A DNA stretch of 64,000 bases from the human T2T-CHM13v2.0 reference genome, Homo sapiens: assembly GCF_009914755.1 (NCBI RefSeq), contig NC_060947.1, one strand, 5' to 3'. Positions 13,406 through 26,612 of the stretch are shown here, one piece after another. The position numbers were made by a program, and so were the translations under genes. The notes under the pieces were generated by a model. That model saw only the letters and a list, made by a program, of their open reading frames with translations, was not told the origin of the DNA and searched no databases. The stretch's first letter is position 1. Every line of letters begins with the position of its first letter.

Positions 13406-14963
13406 TGACCGTGTCTCCTTGTGGTCCTGGAGTTGCCAGTTTTGAAAATTCCAGAATGTTCCTGAGTCCCAGGGAGAAGTGGAGATACTAGTGGGCTCTT
13501 GTCCTTTCATAGTGATGCCCATTGTCACCTGGACCCTCAAGCAGCCCATTCAGTGCCTGGTTCTGCCTTTCTTCATGAGGACTCGAAACTTGACCCTCCT
13601 TTCCTAGTCTTCCCCAAACGTTCTCCCCTGACCTCACAAACAAAAGCCAACATAACAAGACAGAACACTGAAGTTAGTTTATGCCACAGTGTTTTCCAGA
13701 ACAACTTTTGTAATTCAAATCTCATATAATTCAAGAACAATTTTCCATAGGACTGGCAAAGAATAGTAGCCGGTCATTCTGTCTACCAGCTACCATAGCA
13801 ATAACACAAATAGACCTCCGAATTCACTCAGTCCACCTTTGAACATACATGATTATTGATTGTTTTTCCTCATTTGGGGAAATTCACATTATTTCAAATT
13901 TTGCTCCAGAAATGAGACTTTGTTCTTATATTTACATAACATTATTTCATATTCATATAATCCAAATTCACATAAGGCTATATTAATATATGAATACTTC
14001 AGCCCTTCCCATGCGCCCCCCGCCCATTTCTAAAGGAGAAGGAATCTTACTTGAGAGTTAAGCACCTAGTTTTTCCTGTATTGTGTGGAATCTGGATAAG
14101 GAGATGATCCTCAGGGAAATAAAACCAGATTACCCACCCCACCCAGAGGCCTGAATACATCGTGGAGGGTCAGGTGCAGGGAGCATTAGCTTTTAGGAAG
14201 GGACCACTATGCATGAACAACATGGGAATAGAAAAGAGGAAGTGAATGAGGGAGTATTGCAGTGATTATGGAAGAGTTTAGATGAGAGGAAAAGAAAGAT
14301 TTTTAGCTATGTGCGTGAGTGAGAACTCACAGTCAAGAGGCAGAAGAGACATGCATTTTGCTTTCAGGAAAGAGTTTTCAAGGACTAAATAGTGTGCGGA
14401 GAGAATATTTTATATTTTCATGAGCCACTTCCAGAAAGAGTTTTTAGAAGTTCCACTGCAGGGCACACAAGAATGATAAAGATGTCTAAAAAGGATGTTA
14501 TTTTAAGTGAGCTTTGCTGGCATTATGAATGTACTCTCCCATTGGCTTTTTTTTTTTTTTTTTTTCAAGAGACTGAGTACAGACATGAATAGCTGTCATT
14601 CTGTTTTCTGCCACAGTGCTGGTTTTTGAAAGGAACACTGCTCAGAGACTGAGCTATATGTGACCCCAGTTGCATTCAGGTTATGCCAAGTAACAAAGAA
14701 CTCTCTCTCTTTAAAAAAAAAAAAAAAAGGTAGTCAGGCATATCACACATATAAACAGATACCTGGTGAAGTCACCAATGTCTGAATTTTAATTTGAGCT
14801 GAACTTGGATATATGCCACAAAAGCTGAGTGCTGTCTAGAATCAGGACGTCTTCCTTCATGCTGGGGGGCATGTTACCCAAACCTATTCAGATACTCTAT
14901 GGATTTTTCATAGCAAGTATTGGAAACAGATTTCAGTTTTCTGGATAGTTTTAGATAAATACG

Positions 14964-15335
14964 TTTTTTTATTTTTTATTTCAATAGGTTTTTGGGGAAC
15001 AGGTGGTGTTTTGTTACATGAATAAGTTTTTTAGTGGTTGAGATTTTGGTGCCTCTGTCACCCGAGCAGTATACACCGTACCCAATGTGCAGTCTTTCAT
15101 CCCTCGCCACCCCCTACCCTTTCCCCGAGTCCTCAAAGTCCAATGTATCATTCTTATGCCTTTGCATCCTCATAGCTTAGCTCCCACACATGAGTGAGAA
15201 CACACAATGTTTGGTTTTCCATTGCTGAGTTACTTCACTTAGAATAATGGTCTCCAATTCCATCTAGGTTGCTGCAAATGCCATTATTTCGTTCCTTTTT
15301 ATAGCTGAGTAGTATTTCATGTTATAGATATATAC
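14964..15335 (-). mobile_element. L1PB (L1PB1-like) 3' end
   Basis: Antisense L1PB 3' UTR: tcaataggtttttggggaacagg ... cctttgcatcctcatagcttagctccc. Confidence 0.85.
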
Positions 15336-15446
15336 ATCTTTACATCCTTTTCTTTTTCACTTATTCTCCCCTTCAGGCTACAAAGCCAAGTTTTATAGAT
15401 CTAAATCCACACTGTTGATGATCCATCCTACCTCCCCCCACCGCCC

Positions 15447-15719
<273 letters not shown>

Positions 15720-15756
15720 TATTCATATTCATATTCTTATTCTTACATGAATACTT

Positions 15757-16237
15757 GTATCAGTTAGCTTTTGCTGGGTGAACAACCACCCCAAAGCCTA
15801 GTAGTTTAAACAACTACTATTTATTTAGCTGATTGTAGAGGTCGCCTGGGATGTTCCTCTGATCTGGGCTGGCTCAGTTGACGCCTTCTAGACTTGAGCA
15901 TGCATCTGCAGTCAGCTGGCCAGCAGCTGGTGGCTGGATCATCTAAGGTAGTCACATTCATATGTATGGCAGTTGGCAGACTGGAGCAACAGGGCCACGT
16001 GTCTTTCATCATTTAGCAAGATTGCCTGGATTCCTTCACACAGTGGTCACAGAGTCTCAAGACAAATGAAAACAGAAGCCTCATGGCCTCTTGATGCCTT
16101 GATGTCTAGGTCTGAAACTCTTCTAATGCCACTTCTACCACATTCCCAAGGCCAGGCCCGATTCAAGAGTGGAGAAATAGACTCCAACTCTTGACGGGAG
16201 GAGCTGCAAAGTATTGAGGCCATTTTTGTGATCTGTT
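15757..16237 (-). mobile_element. MaLR LTR, MLT1G/H-like
   Basis: tgtatcagttagcttttgctg...accaccccaaa; agactccaactcttgacgggaggagctgcaaag. Confidence 0.7.
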
Positions 16238-17314
16238 CTGCTATTGATATAACTGAATTCACTGTGCCCTACCCCAGGAAAAGACGTGCAGCAGAAGCTT
16301 CACATACCCTTCTTGCCATTTACTATAGAGAAACTTTGGCAAGGACCATTGACTGGCTGCTCCGGAATTAGAAGCAGTATTTTGGCAAAGTGCATATCAA
16401 GACCACTTATAGGTAATTATTCACATGGTGTGATGTGTTTTGTAGTGAAAGTTCTGCCCATCTGGTGAGTTTTATTAGAGTCACTAGGATTTCCACATTG
16501 CCTCCAAGGAGAATGCCTCCTTTTATGTATCCTCACTTGCTGGCTAATCAAATGAAAAGACCAGCCCTTAGAACAGGACTCTTCCATAATGAAGTGGGAC
16601 AAAAGGCACGTTCATGAGAGACGCCACAACGGTAGAATCCAGAGATGAGAGACAGAGACAGTCATGGTCCCCCAGTGGAGACTGGGAGTGCAGAGTGAAG
16701 GGGTCCTTCACTAGTTACAGAAAAATAGAATGTCCTGGAAATTTAAAGGAGTAGCTACCAACAGATTCTAGGCATATGAAATGGTGATGGAGAATTCCAA
16801 TCACATTGCAATTTGGTCCAACCCCTCTTTCCTAGCCTACCCTTTTCCTCCCCATCCTTGTCCCAGTTAACTGATCCCCACTTGCAATTTGCCAACTTAT
16901 GTCCTTTTTATCCTACTACCCTGCCAGTGCCTAACACAGTGACCAATCCGGGTAGTCAACAAGAATGACTGATGGCAAGGCCCAGATTCTGGAAACTGGT
17001 GAATTAATCCATTCCCTTTTCCCTTGAAGTTTTCCCTGTGTCTGAATTATTAGGTAATACAGATCAATATCATTCCCAACTATATCAATTCTTCTATAAT
17101 GAACTTCCTACAAGCAGCACTCAATGAAAGATTACTGGAATGAAGGACAAATAGATAGATGAACACCAAGCGCAGGAAAGAATTGTGAGGTGCAAATACA
17201 GAAGTGGTCAGAGGTAGGAAATTGGGGACAGATGGGGAAGGTTGTCAAGAGGTTTCCTTGAGGAAGAGGCACAGGAAAGATGAAAATTTACATTCCTGCT
17301 GCTCTGATACTCAC

Positions 17315-17731
17315 TGCTCTGGTTTGGATGCTTTTCCCCCAAAACCTCATGTTGAAATTTGATCACAATGTTGGAGGTGAGGCCTAATGGGAAATGTTTT
17401 AGGTCACAGGTGCAGATCCATCATGAATACACTAATGCAGGGAGAAGGGCTGACTGGGGCGAGGGTGTGAGTGAGCTCTCACTCTATTAGTTCCTGTGAG
17501 ATCTGGTTGTTAAAAAGAGCCTGGCATCTCCCTTCCTCTGTTGCCATTTGATCTCTACACACTCAGCTCCCCTTTGCCTTCCACCATGAGTGGAAGCATC
17601 CTGAGGCCCTCACCAGATGCCCAATGTTGAACCTTCCAGCAAGCTGAATCATGAGCTAAATAAACCTCTTTTCTTTATAAATTATCCAGCATCAGATATT
17701 CCTTTATAGCAATAGTAAATGGACTAAGACA
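17315..17731 (+). mobile_element. MSTB-type MaLR LTR
   Basis: tgctctggtttggatg ... aataaacctcttttctttataaatta ... ggactaagaca. Confidence 0.85.
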
Positions 17732-19029
17732 CTGAAACAATAGCAAAACACATACTTTCAGCCCCACAGTGCCTCTAAAAAGGTCTTCCCATATGTTACT
17801 GGGGTTTTTTAACTGTGACTAAGCTGGGTAATGTTTTTAAAAAGAAGCATCTTTTGAACAATATTTTGTATAGCCCTTTGACTACTCAATGTGTTCACTC
17901 CAAAATGTGTTTCTCATATCCATTTTTGTGTCATCCGCAACCTCAACAACATCTTCATTCTGTAATAGAGTAATAAGATCTTGTAACTTGCAGACATCTG
18001 TAGCTTATGGTTTTTTAGAAATACAGATCTGTGGTGTCAAAATTTTAAAGATAAAACTTGTAGCCATTATTTTCTTTTTCTGCCCGTGCAATGTAATGAC
18101 ATTATAAAAATACCGTTACACAACATAAACTGTGCCATTAAAAGTTAATTTAAATCAATGAAATATTGTTTTAGATTTTGTGTGTTTAATTATGTGGTAG
18201 TCCCATATCTGATTTCAGATGGAAAATCAACTTGATTTATCCTGAAATTGTATATGTTAGGAATAGGTACTCCAAAGTTATATCCAAGTAAAGAATTTAA
18301 TAAAATTGACTTTTTAAAAATGTAAAACCTGCCCATATCTGGTATCATCCTTCTGCAGACTTTGGCATTTGATAGTGTGTTTTATTATTTTATTTCAACT
18401 CAGTATTCAAGAAAAGTTTTTGAAACCTTTTGATTACCCTGACAGCTGAAATGGAATTTTTACAAGGACAGCATGTTTGGAGCCAAAGATCTGGCTGACA
18501 CAATGAATGTGATGATGAAAATAATTTTACATCAGCCCAGCCTAGGATATTGCCTTCATTTAAAATTTATATTAGACAGGTTTTTTTTTTAACATTTTTC
18601 CTCTAAAAGAAAACAGTAGTTTTCAACTCTTTCCGTCAGCCAAGAAAAGTCCTAAAGCTTTGGAGATTTGGATAGTTACAAGAGTCCAAGAAACCTATTT
18701 CCCAGCATCCTATCTTAGAATTATTTTCAGAGGTTTTGGAAAGAAAAGAAATCCTAGGGGCTACATAATTAAGAAATTAGTCTATTTCGGGATAACAGTA
18801 TACCCCTGCAGAGATTTAATAAATGGTGTTTGAACACGTAAAAATGGCCCCAATAAAATATCCACCCTCTCCAAACTGTGTCCTACTGGGTATTGACACA
18901 GCAGTGGTTGCAGGTTCAAATTGGAGATCAGATGCAAGGCACACTATTGGCTTTAATTTTCACTCGGCCTTGTGGAAGGGCAGAAGACAGGAAATAGCAT
19001 GTACAGCACCTTCATTTCTTCAGGATACC

Positions 19030-19545
19030 CGTGGTAGGCAGAATCACAGTGCCCCAAAGATATTCATGCCCTAATCTGCAGAACCTGTGAATATGTTACA
19101 TTACATAGCAAGGAGGAATTAAGGTGCAGATAGAATTAAAGTTGATAAGTCAGCTGACCTTAAAACAGGAAAACTACTCTGTGTATTATCTAGATGAGCC
19201 TGAAGTAATCAGAAACATCCTTAAAAGTGGAAGAGGTTGGCAGATGAGGAGGTCAGAGCGATGCAATGTAAGAAGGGCTCAATCCTCCATTGCTGGCTTT
19301 GAAGATGGAGGAAGGGACCATGAGCCAAGGCATGCCAGATGCCTCTAGAAGCCAGAAAAGCCAAGAGAACAGATTCTTCCCTAGAGCCTACGGAAAGGAA
19401 TGCAGCCCTGCCAACACCTTGATCCTAGCTACTGTGAAACTGTGTCAGACTTCTGTCCTGCAGAACTATAAAGTGATAAATTTATGTTGTTTCCAGCCGC
19501 TAAGTTCGTGAGGATTTGTTACAGTAGTGATAGGAAACGAATGCA
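19030..19545 (+). mobile_element. MLT1D MaLR LTR
   Basis: gtggtaggcagaat...gaacctgtgaatatgttac...ggaaacgaatgca; TSD atacc/atgcc. Confidence 0.85.
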
Positions 19546-19949
19546 ATGCCTGACAGCTACCCAAGTGCACAGCTTCTTTTGCCCCCACACCCACACAGGA
19601 AATGCAAGTTTGCCACAGAATGACATCCAAAGTGTCATAAAATCACCTTGACACAGAGAAGCCACAGTCACAGCTTCCCAACAATCTTTTATATGGTTCC
19701 AGTAACACAAGCCCCAAAACTGCATGTCAGCCCCCAGCAGCCCCAGTCCAGAAGAGGTCCCACAGAGCAGGGCTTCACAGCAAGCAGGGCAGGTGCAATA
19801 TTCCACATCTGTTGATCACTGCAGTTTCCAAAGAAACAGGACTCTGTGGTCGATGGTTCTCACAGGCAGGCCTGGATCAGCCCAGTGCTAAGGTTAACCC
19901 TTTACTCACAATTGTGATCCCAATGTCATAATATATATGTACATTATAG

Positions 19950-20338
19950 ATTGGAGGAATCTGTCACTGTTTGAATCTTGGGTGCAAATAGGGTCCCCTC
20001 CCCACAGAAGCCAAAGGCCAAGTACTTGCTTTCCCTGGACCCAGGCACTAGGAAGATGATGCACATGACCTAAGCTCAGCCAATCAGGATGCCAAGAAGG
20101 AAGTTTGGAATGTCTTCTAATACTGTCAGTCACGACAGCGTTCAATGCCCAGTGAGAAGAGCAGTTGGACCCAAAAAGTCTGGCTTGGGACATTTTGGGA
20201 CCACAGGATTCTAGTCCATTTCCTGAGCCTGGTTCAACAGCTTTCCCGTTACTTGATAGCCTTCTAATCAATTCCTTTTCTGCTTAGGATAAGCAAGCTC
20301 AGTTTATGCTGTTTATGTCATGAACCCTAACTGGATCA
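19950..20338 (+). mobile_element. ERV-L 5' LTR (LTR33-like)
   Basis: cacatgacctaagctcagccaatcag core; followed directly by the ERVL leader gaaattgttaccagg. Confidence 0.6.
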
Positions 20339-21784
20339 GAAATTGTTACCAGGAGGGGCTTCAGACAGCAGATCTTCTGGAATTGAGGAGAATCCAGGAT
20401 TGGTTATATAACTTGGTTGGGGTAAGGGCAGCAAACATTCAGGAATGAAAATCTGGTAAACAGTGGCCCACAGTGGAAGAGCAACTAATCAAACTGTAAT
20501 TTATACAGTAATTTTTTTTGTAAGCAAGACTTGGGGGCCCACATTGGTGGTTTGTAAGCAAGCCTTGGGAGCCCACATTGGTGGTGCCATATACAGCAGC
20601 ATGAGAAACCAGGACTGGAGAATGAGGTGGCTAATACTGGAAAGCTTAAAGAGAGAGAATGATACTCAAATCCCTAGTTCTTGGCTGAAAGCAAAACCCA
20701 GAACCAGGAGGATTTTGTATCCCTGTGCTAAAAAAGAATGTCTTATTTTTTGTAGCAGCAGTACAAAACTACCCAGAATCAATCCTCTACTCCAGTGGGG
20801 ACTAATTTAGAACATCAACTGAATCACAGACTCATCAAGGGCCTTATATGAAAGTTAGGGCATCAATAAGGAAAGAGCAGACCCTGAGAACTGCAATGGT
20901 GTTCAGTGGGAGGGTGTCAAGGCCTCAAACACCAAATCTCCAAACTCCACTGAACCTAGGTTTTCAGCTCAAGCCATTCTTCCTCCCACGTCTGAGGCAG
21001 CTCATGACTTACCTGAAGACTCCGTAACTCTCTTTCCTTGTAAGAATTACCTTGCACAAGGAAGACTAACCTTCACAGGCCCTGAATCCCCTAATGAAGG
21101 GGAAGTCAGGCAGGGCCTTAAAGAAGTGTCCTGAAATTACTTCACAAAAATATTGGGGAATCTTCCTCCTATCCTTTGACTTGTAAATATTTATCAAGGA
21201 AACAGCGTATTGGGCAAAGGGAAATGCCTACCCATTTCAGATATTATTGAACATTGAATCTGAGTAAATAACACTGCCACTCACTAATTAGGGTGGAGAC
21301 TTACAAGATTCAGGTGATCAATAGCATTTAGGTCCCAGTCCCAGTCTAATTTAAAGCGGACAGACTAACACTCTGAACTCAGCCCATGATAGTTTATCTA
21401 TCTGTTTCCTAAGGATTTACTTTGAATAGGTAAATCTAGCCACTGCTAGAATCCCCACATTGTCTCTGAACCACAGGTAAAATAAGTCCAATGGAAGCCC
21501 CTAGGATTACCCATTGCACTCAAAATGAAAAATAAAAAGCAATACCATATCTGAGAAAATTATAGCAATTAGTGTCACCATGAAAATCTTAAGAAATGCA
21601 GGGAAGGTGATTCCTAGTACATCCCCACCTAACTTTCCAGTTTGTCCAGTGCAGAGGATGGGGGCTTCTTGGAGAATGATGGTGGATTGACATGTGCTTC
21701 ATGAGGGGGTGATTCCAATTGCAGCTGCATTTATGGATGTGGCCTACTAATGAGGAAACATAACCCAGTCCCTGGTGTCTGGCA

Positions 21785-21895
21785 TTTATTCATTCTTCAG
21801 TGAATTGAGCACCTACTATGTTCCAGGTAATGTTCTAGGTACTGGGTATAGTGAAGTGAGCAAAACAAACAAAAATGTCCATCCTTGCAGAGTCA
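21785..21895 (-). mobile_element. L2 3' fragment inside ERV-L RT
   Basis: attcattc...ttgagcacctactatgttccaggtaatgttctaggtactggg. Confidence 0.7.
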
Positions 21896-22061
21896 AATAT
21901 CTTTGTCTCTTATCTGATAAACACCAGAAGCATTTTGCTTTTACCTAGCAGGGATAGCAGAACACCTTACCAACTTGTCACAGGGCTTTTCTAGTTCTGT
22001 TCCACAATTTGCTATGCAGGAACCTTGACTTTCTCGCCACCACACAGGACATTCCTGAATA

Positions 22062-22262
22062 CTGTATCATATTAAGAAGACATGAAGAGCAGGGACCAGA
22101 TTGGCTGGGTTCAAATCCTATCTCTACTGCTTTCTAGCTGTGTGATTTTGAACAGGTTACTTAACCTCTCTGTGCCTCTATTCTCCTATCTGTAAAAGGT
22201 AAAATCCCACGGTATTTTGGGGAGGGCTAAAGTTGTTAATATATGTAAAGTGCTTTAGTACC
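22062..22262 (+). mobile_element. MIR inside ERV-L
   Basis: ctgggttcaaatcct...agctgtgtgattttgaacaggttacttaacctctctgtgcctc is the MIR core. Confidence 0.8.
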
Positions 22263-22817
22263 TAAAGAAATAAATTTTCCACAAGAATGATTTTCATTTA
22301 GTGAGAAGCCAAGACTTTCACATTACCATGCTGGCCTCCACACACATTCCCTTGAGAAAAAAAGGTGAGAAAAAAACTCATTTAAAAAAAAAAGGTGAGG
22401 AGTAAGTATCATCTTACTATTAAGGGTCAGTTGAGTTGCTGCTACTCGATACAAGCAGGGATGAGTATGAATGAAATTGGGTGAGTCTTACAGTTCCTCC
22501 TATTATTATCTTGTCCAGTAATAAAAATTAATGAAATACTAATACAGGACAATCCAGGCAGGCCCACCAAGAGTTCAATTTCCTTAGAAATGAAGATTTG
22601 AGTGACTCTACTAAGTAAAACACACTGAGAATCTGAGGTACAGGCTGTAGGCAAAGGAGATCTGGAATAGGGAGAGGTGGGAGTTATAAATACCAGCTGT
22701 TGCCTTGTGGTAGAAGTATAAATGGTGACAGTAGACGCTACACATTTCCTTGATTACTGTGACATGAAAATATGGAAAGAAAAGTACATGTGGATATCAA
22801 GTAGCCAAAGAATACAT

Positions 22818-23346
22818 TGTAATTGCTTTTCTAGGAAGGGTTTTCCAGGATCTGGATGCTATCCTTAAATCTGGAGAATGTCCCATGGCGTGAGCCTTAG
22901 GGAAGGCAGTTCCTCCCTCTTGCAAAAGAAAAGATCAGATTCTGGCTTTCTCTGAGCCCTGGCTGCTGCGCTAGGAGGGGGCACATAGTCTAAGCTTGGC
23001 CAATCAGGTGCTCCCACTCAGCTCTTTGAATCTTGAGTTAATGACTCAAAGAAAGTCTTAGCGGTGGTGCTGACAGGGCTTCTAGTATCCAGTGCAGCGG
23101 TGTCACCCACAGAATATGTCCAGCAGTGGCAACAGAGGCGTCCGAATCAGACTGTTCCACTAGAGGGCGCTCGAAAGAAGTTCTGGTAGCCCAGTTTAAT
23201 ATGGATGCCTCCTACCACGTTCCCAGTCAGGTTCTCCAAGAGTCCCATATTTCTTTGAGCTGCCTGATATCTTACCAATAAGCTTCTTTTCTCATCAAGG
23301 TAATGAGGGTAGCTTAAAGTGATTTGCAACCAAGAACTCCGGCAAG
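22818..23346 (+). mobile_element. ERV-L 3' LTR (LTR33-like)
   Basis: Starts TG after the degenerate polypurine tract agtagccaaagaatac; shares the cacatagtctaagcttggccaatcag core with the 5' LTR; ends near tgcaaccaagaac. Confidence 0.65.
23154..23172 (+). promoter_or_regulatory. Candidate CTCF site
   Basis: GTTCCACTAGAGGGCGCTC is a near-consensus CCASYAGRKGGCRS. Binding is not shown. Confidence 0.55.
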
Positions 23347-23705
23347 TTTTCACAGAAAAAAAAAAAAAAGACTGAAGAGAAATATATCAAAATGCCAACA
23401 TTTTAGAATTAAAGTAATTTTTATTTTCTACTTTACGTTTTTCTGTCATTTTCAAATTTCCTAAAGTGAACATATATCTTACTTTTAAAGTTAAAATGTT
23501 AGTAGAGATAATAAAAATAATACTAATTGATGGCAATTGGTTTATTAATGAACCAATTTTTAGAAAAGTAAAGTACTGGGGAATATTTAAAAGGTATGTT
23601 TTGGTGGTGGGTAGGAAAAGTTTGAAGTACAGAATACCTGTTTAGGACAGCGCACTTAGGTGAGACAATGAGAGCTCTTCTAGAGAGAAAAATACCTTAA
23701 AAGGG

Positions 23706-24110
23706 TGTCTTAGCCAGCTCAGGTTGCAATAACAAAGTATCATAGACTGGGTGGCTTAAACAACAGAAATTTATTTTCTCCCAGTTTTGGAAGCTGGGAA
23801 GTTTAAGATCAAGGTTCTAGCGGATTGCAGATTCTGGTGGTGCCACAGCTTTCTTCCTGGCTTGCAGATTACTGACTTTTTCCTGCATCCTTACATGGCC
23901 TTTCCTCTGAGGGCACAAGGAGGGGGAAAGAGAGAGAGACCGCACATGAGCATGAGTGAGCGCATGTGCGGGCCAACCCCAGTGTCTTTTCTTATAAGAA
24001 CATTAATCCTATCAGATCACGGCCCCACCCTTACAACTTCGTTTAACCTTAATCACTTCCTTAGAGGCCACAGCCACACTGGGGGTTAGGGTTTCAGCAT
24101 ATGGATAGGG
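23706..24110 (-). mobile_element. MLT1A-type MaLR LTR
   Basis: tgtcttag...catagactgggtggcttaaacaacagaaatttatt ... gggggttagggtttcagcatatg. Confidence 0.8.
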
Positions 24111-24351
24111 AGGTGGGGGTGTAAACACAGAGGGGATGAGACATCAAAGAAAAAATTACCCTGGTTCTGACACTTTCAGATCCCTGTATAAAAAACAGGT
24201 GTTGGGATGGGAAATATTGTCTTTTCATGACATTCGGCATGATCTTGGGGGTGCATGGCTAAAATAGTATGGTAGACAAGATCTACCATACTTAGACAGA
24301 AAGTCAAGAAATGCAGTGCTCACATCATCAGAAAGATCATCAACATAGACA

Positions 24352-25328
24352 CAGCCAATCCTCATTATTCACAGATTCTCTGTTTGCAAATTTGTCTACT
24401 TTCTAAAATTTATTTGCAGCCCCAAAAATCAATATGCTTGGAACTTTAGCAGTCATTCGCAGACATGTGCAGAGCAGCAAAAAATTTGAGTTGCCCAACG
24501 TGCACGCCACCAGCTGAGTCAAATGAGGCGACACTCTGCCTTCTTGTTTCAGCTCTCAGGCTATAAACAAGTGTCCTTTTCACTATTTAGTGCCATGTTT
24601 TTTGCATTTTTGTGCTTTTTGTTGGTGATTTTGCTGTTCAAAATGGTCCCCAATGACTGGGTAGGGTGGCTTACACCTGTAATCCCAGCAATTTAAAAGG
24701 CTGAGACGGGTGGGTCACTTGAGCCCAGGAGTTTGAGAGCAGCCTGGGCAACATGGCAAAACCCCATCTCTACAAAAAATACCAAAAAAAAAAATTAGCC
24801 AGGCCTGCTGGTGGCATGTGCCTGTAGTCCCAGCTACTCTGGAGGCTGAGATGGGAGGATCACCTGAGCCCAGGGAGGTCGAGGCTGCAGTGAGCCATGA
24901 TGGCACCACTGTACTCCAGCCTAGGTGATATGGTGAGATCCTGTCTCAAAAAAACAAAAAACCTAAAAATGGTCCTCAAGCTTAGTGCTGCCTAGCACTC
25001 CTAAGTACAAGAAGGCTGTGATGTACCTTATGGGAAAATAAATAAATAAATACATAAATACATAATTTGTGTTAGAAAAGCTTCTTTCAAGCATGCATTC
25101 TAGCTGTAAGTTCAATGTTAATGAATCAACAATATATATTAAACAAGGTGTCTTTAGACAGAAACATATATAAAACAGGGTTATGTTTGATCTATTCATG
25201 ACAATGTAGTTACCAGAAGCTTGCAGGAACTTGTGCTTTTCCCCTAGGAACGATGTTTAGTATTCACTGATTCGGTGTTCATCGCAAGTTTATACACCCT
25301 AACTACCCCAAATAATGAGAATCAACTG
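24352..25328. mobile_element. MER82-like Tigger element split by an Alu
   Basis: TIRs cagccaatcctcattatt / aataatgagaatcaactg, followed by TA. Confidence 0.75.
24655..24965 (+). mobile_element. AluJ
   Basis: ttgagcccaggagtttgag, ggaggatcacctgagccc; TSD aaaatggtcc(c/t)caa. Confidence 0.92.
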
Positions 25329-26211
25329 TATTTAAATCACCAGGAATTATGCTGGAGCAGTGCTGGAAAGAATGACAGGAAGCGTTCTTCCTTGTACTCT
25401 TCAAGAAAGAAGAATGACCCAGGACTCTGGAGATGACTGCAACAAGAAAGAGGAGAAAGTGGTGAAGTCTGATGGCATGAGATGCAAAGCCAAAGGACAT
25501 TAGGAAGGAGGAAGAAATTTCTGGAAGAATCAATGAGGAGCAATGAAACAATCAATGGGAACTAATATCAGAAATGTGAGACAGCAGGGGTAGGTTTGTG
25601 ACAGAAATTTTTTGGCTCTTAAGTGGCACTAAACCTCACTATGGTATTCATCATCCCTCCTACGCTCTGTAATGGGAGCCCTGATTCTCCCCCTCTTCAC
25701 ATAGCTACAATAGCGGGTCACCTCGCTTCTAAATCTTCACATTTGGAAAAAGAAAAGAACAGCTTCATAGTACAAAGGCATAATTCTGCTTCACAACTCA
25801 GTATGTTACAAAATATAATCCATTTTCCTTTGCCATTTTTACATAAACACTTTTATTATGCCCATAGAGAAGAAAGGTTACCTTTTGAGGGAAATTATTC
25901 ATGAGGGAAAAAAAATTAGAATTTTGAACAAGCCATTTAGGTGACCTATAGAGATGTGTGAAAATAGGATTTCAATCTGTATTCAATGACTAATCCGAAA
26001 AGATGAAAACGTAATTAAATTGCAGTAGCACCCCTCAGTTTAATTTAACCTTTAAGGGGCCTGGTCAATGTTCTCTTAAAATTAATTTCAACCTGTGACT
26101 TTCCAGGGAACAGAGAGAAATAGAACTTATACTTAAATACATGCATGCATATTTATAAACATAGTTTATTTACCTTTATGCTTTTTCTCCCAACAGGTAA
26201 GTCTAGATTGC

Positions 26212-26612
26212 TTTTTTAATTTATTTATTTTACTTTAAGTTCTGGGATACATGTGCAGAATGTGCAGGTTTGTTACATAGGCATACATGTGCTATGGTGG
26301 TTTGCTGCACCTATCAACCCATTATCTAGGTTTAAAGCCCTGCATGCATTAGGTATTTGTCCTAATGCTCTCGCTCCTCTTGCCCCCCTCCCCCGCCCCC
26401 GCCAACAGGCCCCAGTGTGTGTTGTTCCCTTCCCTGTGTCCATGTGTTCGCATTGTTCAACTCCCCCTTATAAGTGAGAACGTGCAGTGTTTGGTTTTCT
26501 GTTCCTGTGTTAGTTTGCTGAGAATGATGGCTTCCAGCTTCATCCATGTCCCTGCAAAGGACATGAACTCATTCTTTTTTATGGCTGCATAGTATTCCAT
26601 GGTGTATACGTG
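26212..26612 (-). mobile_element. L1PA (PA7/8-like) 3' end
   Basis: Antisense L1PA 3' UTR: tactttaagttctgggatacatgtgcagaatgtgcagg. Confidence 0.9.

Larger units (their letters stand above)
20339..22817 (+). mobile_element. ERV-L internal region, heavily deleted (RT, dUTPase/C-terminal remnants)
   Basis: Degenerate ERVL RT: WKPL..KQY, AGKVIPSTSP, VCPVQR..SWRMMVD, VIPIAAA (~21490-21740) and KHQKHFAFT*QG (~21920-21960). The 22430-22710 segment resembles the ERVL pol 3' end. Confidence 0.8.

Noticed and set aside
17830-18350. AT-rich stretch that might be another DNA-transposon remnant
   Set aside because: I could not find convincing TIRs or protein motifs.
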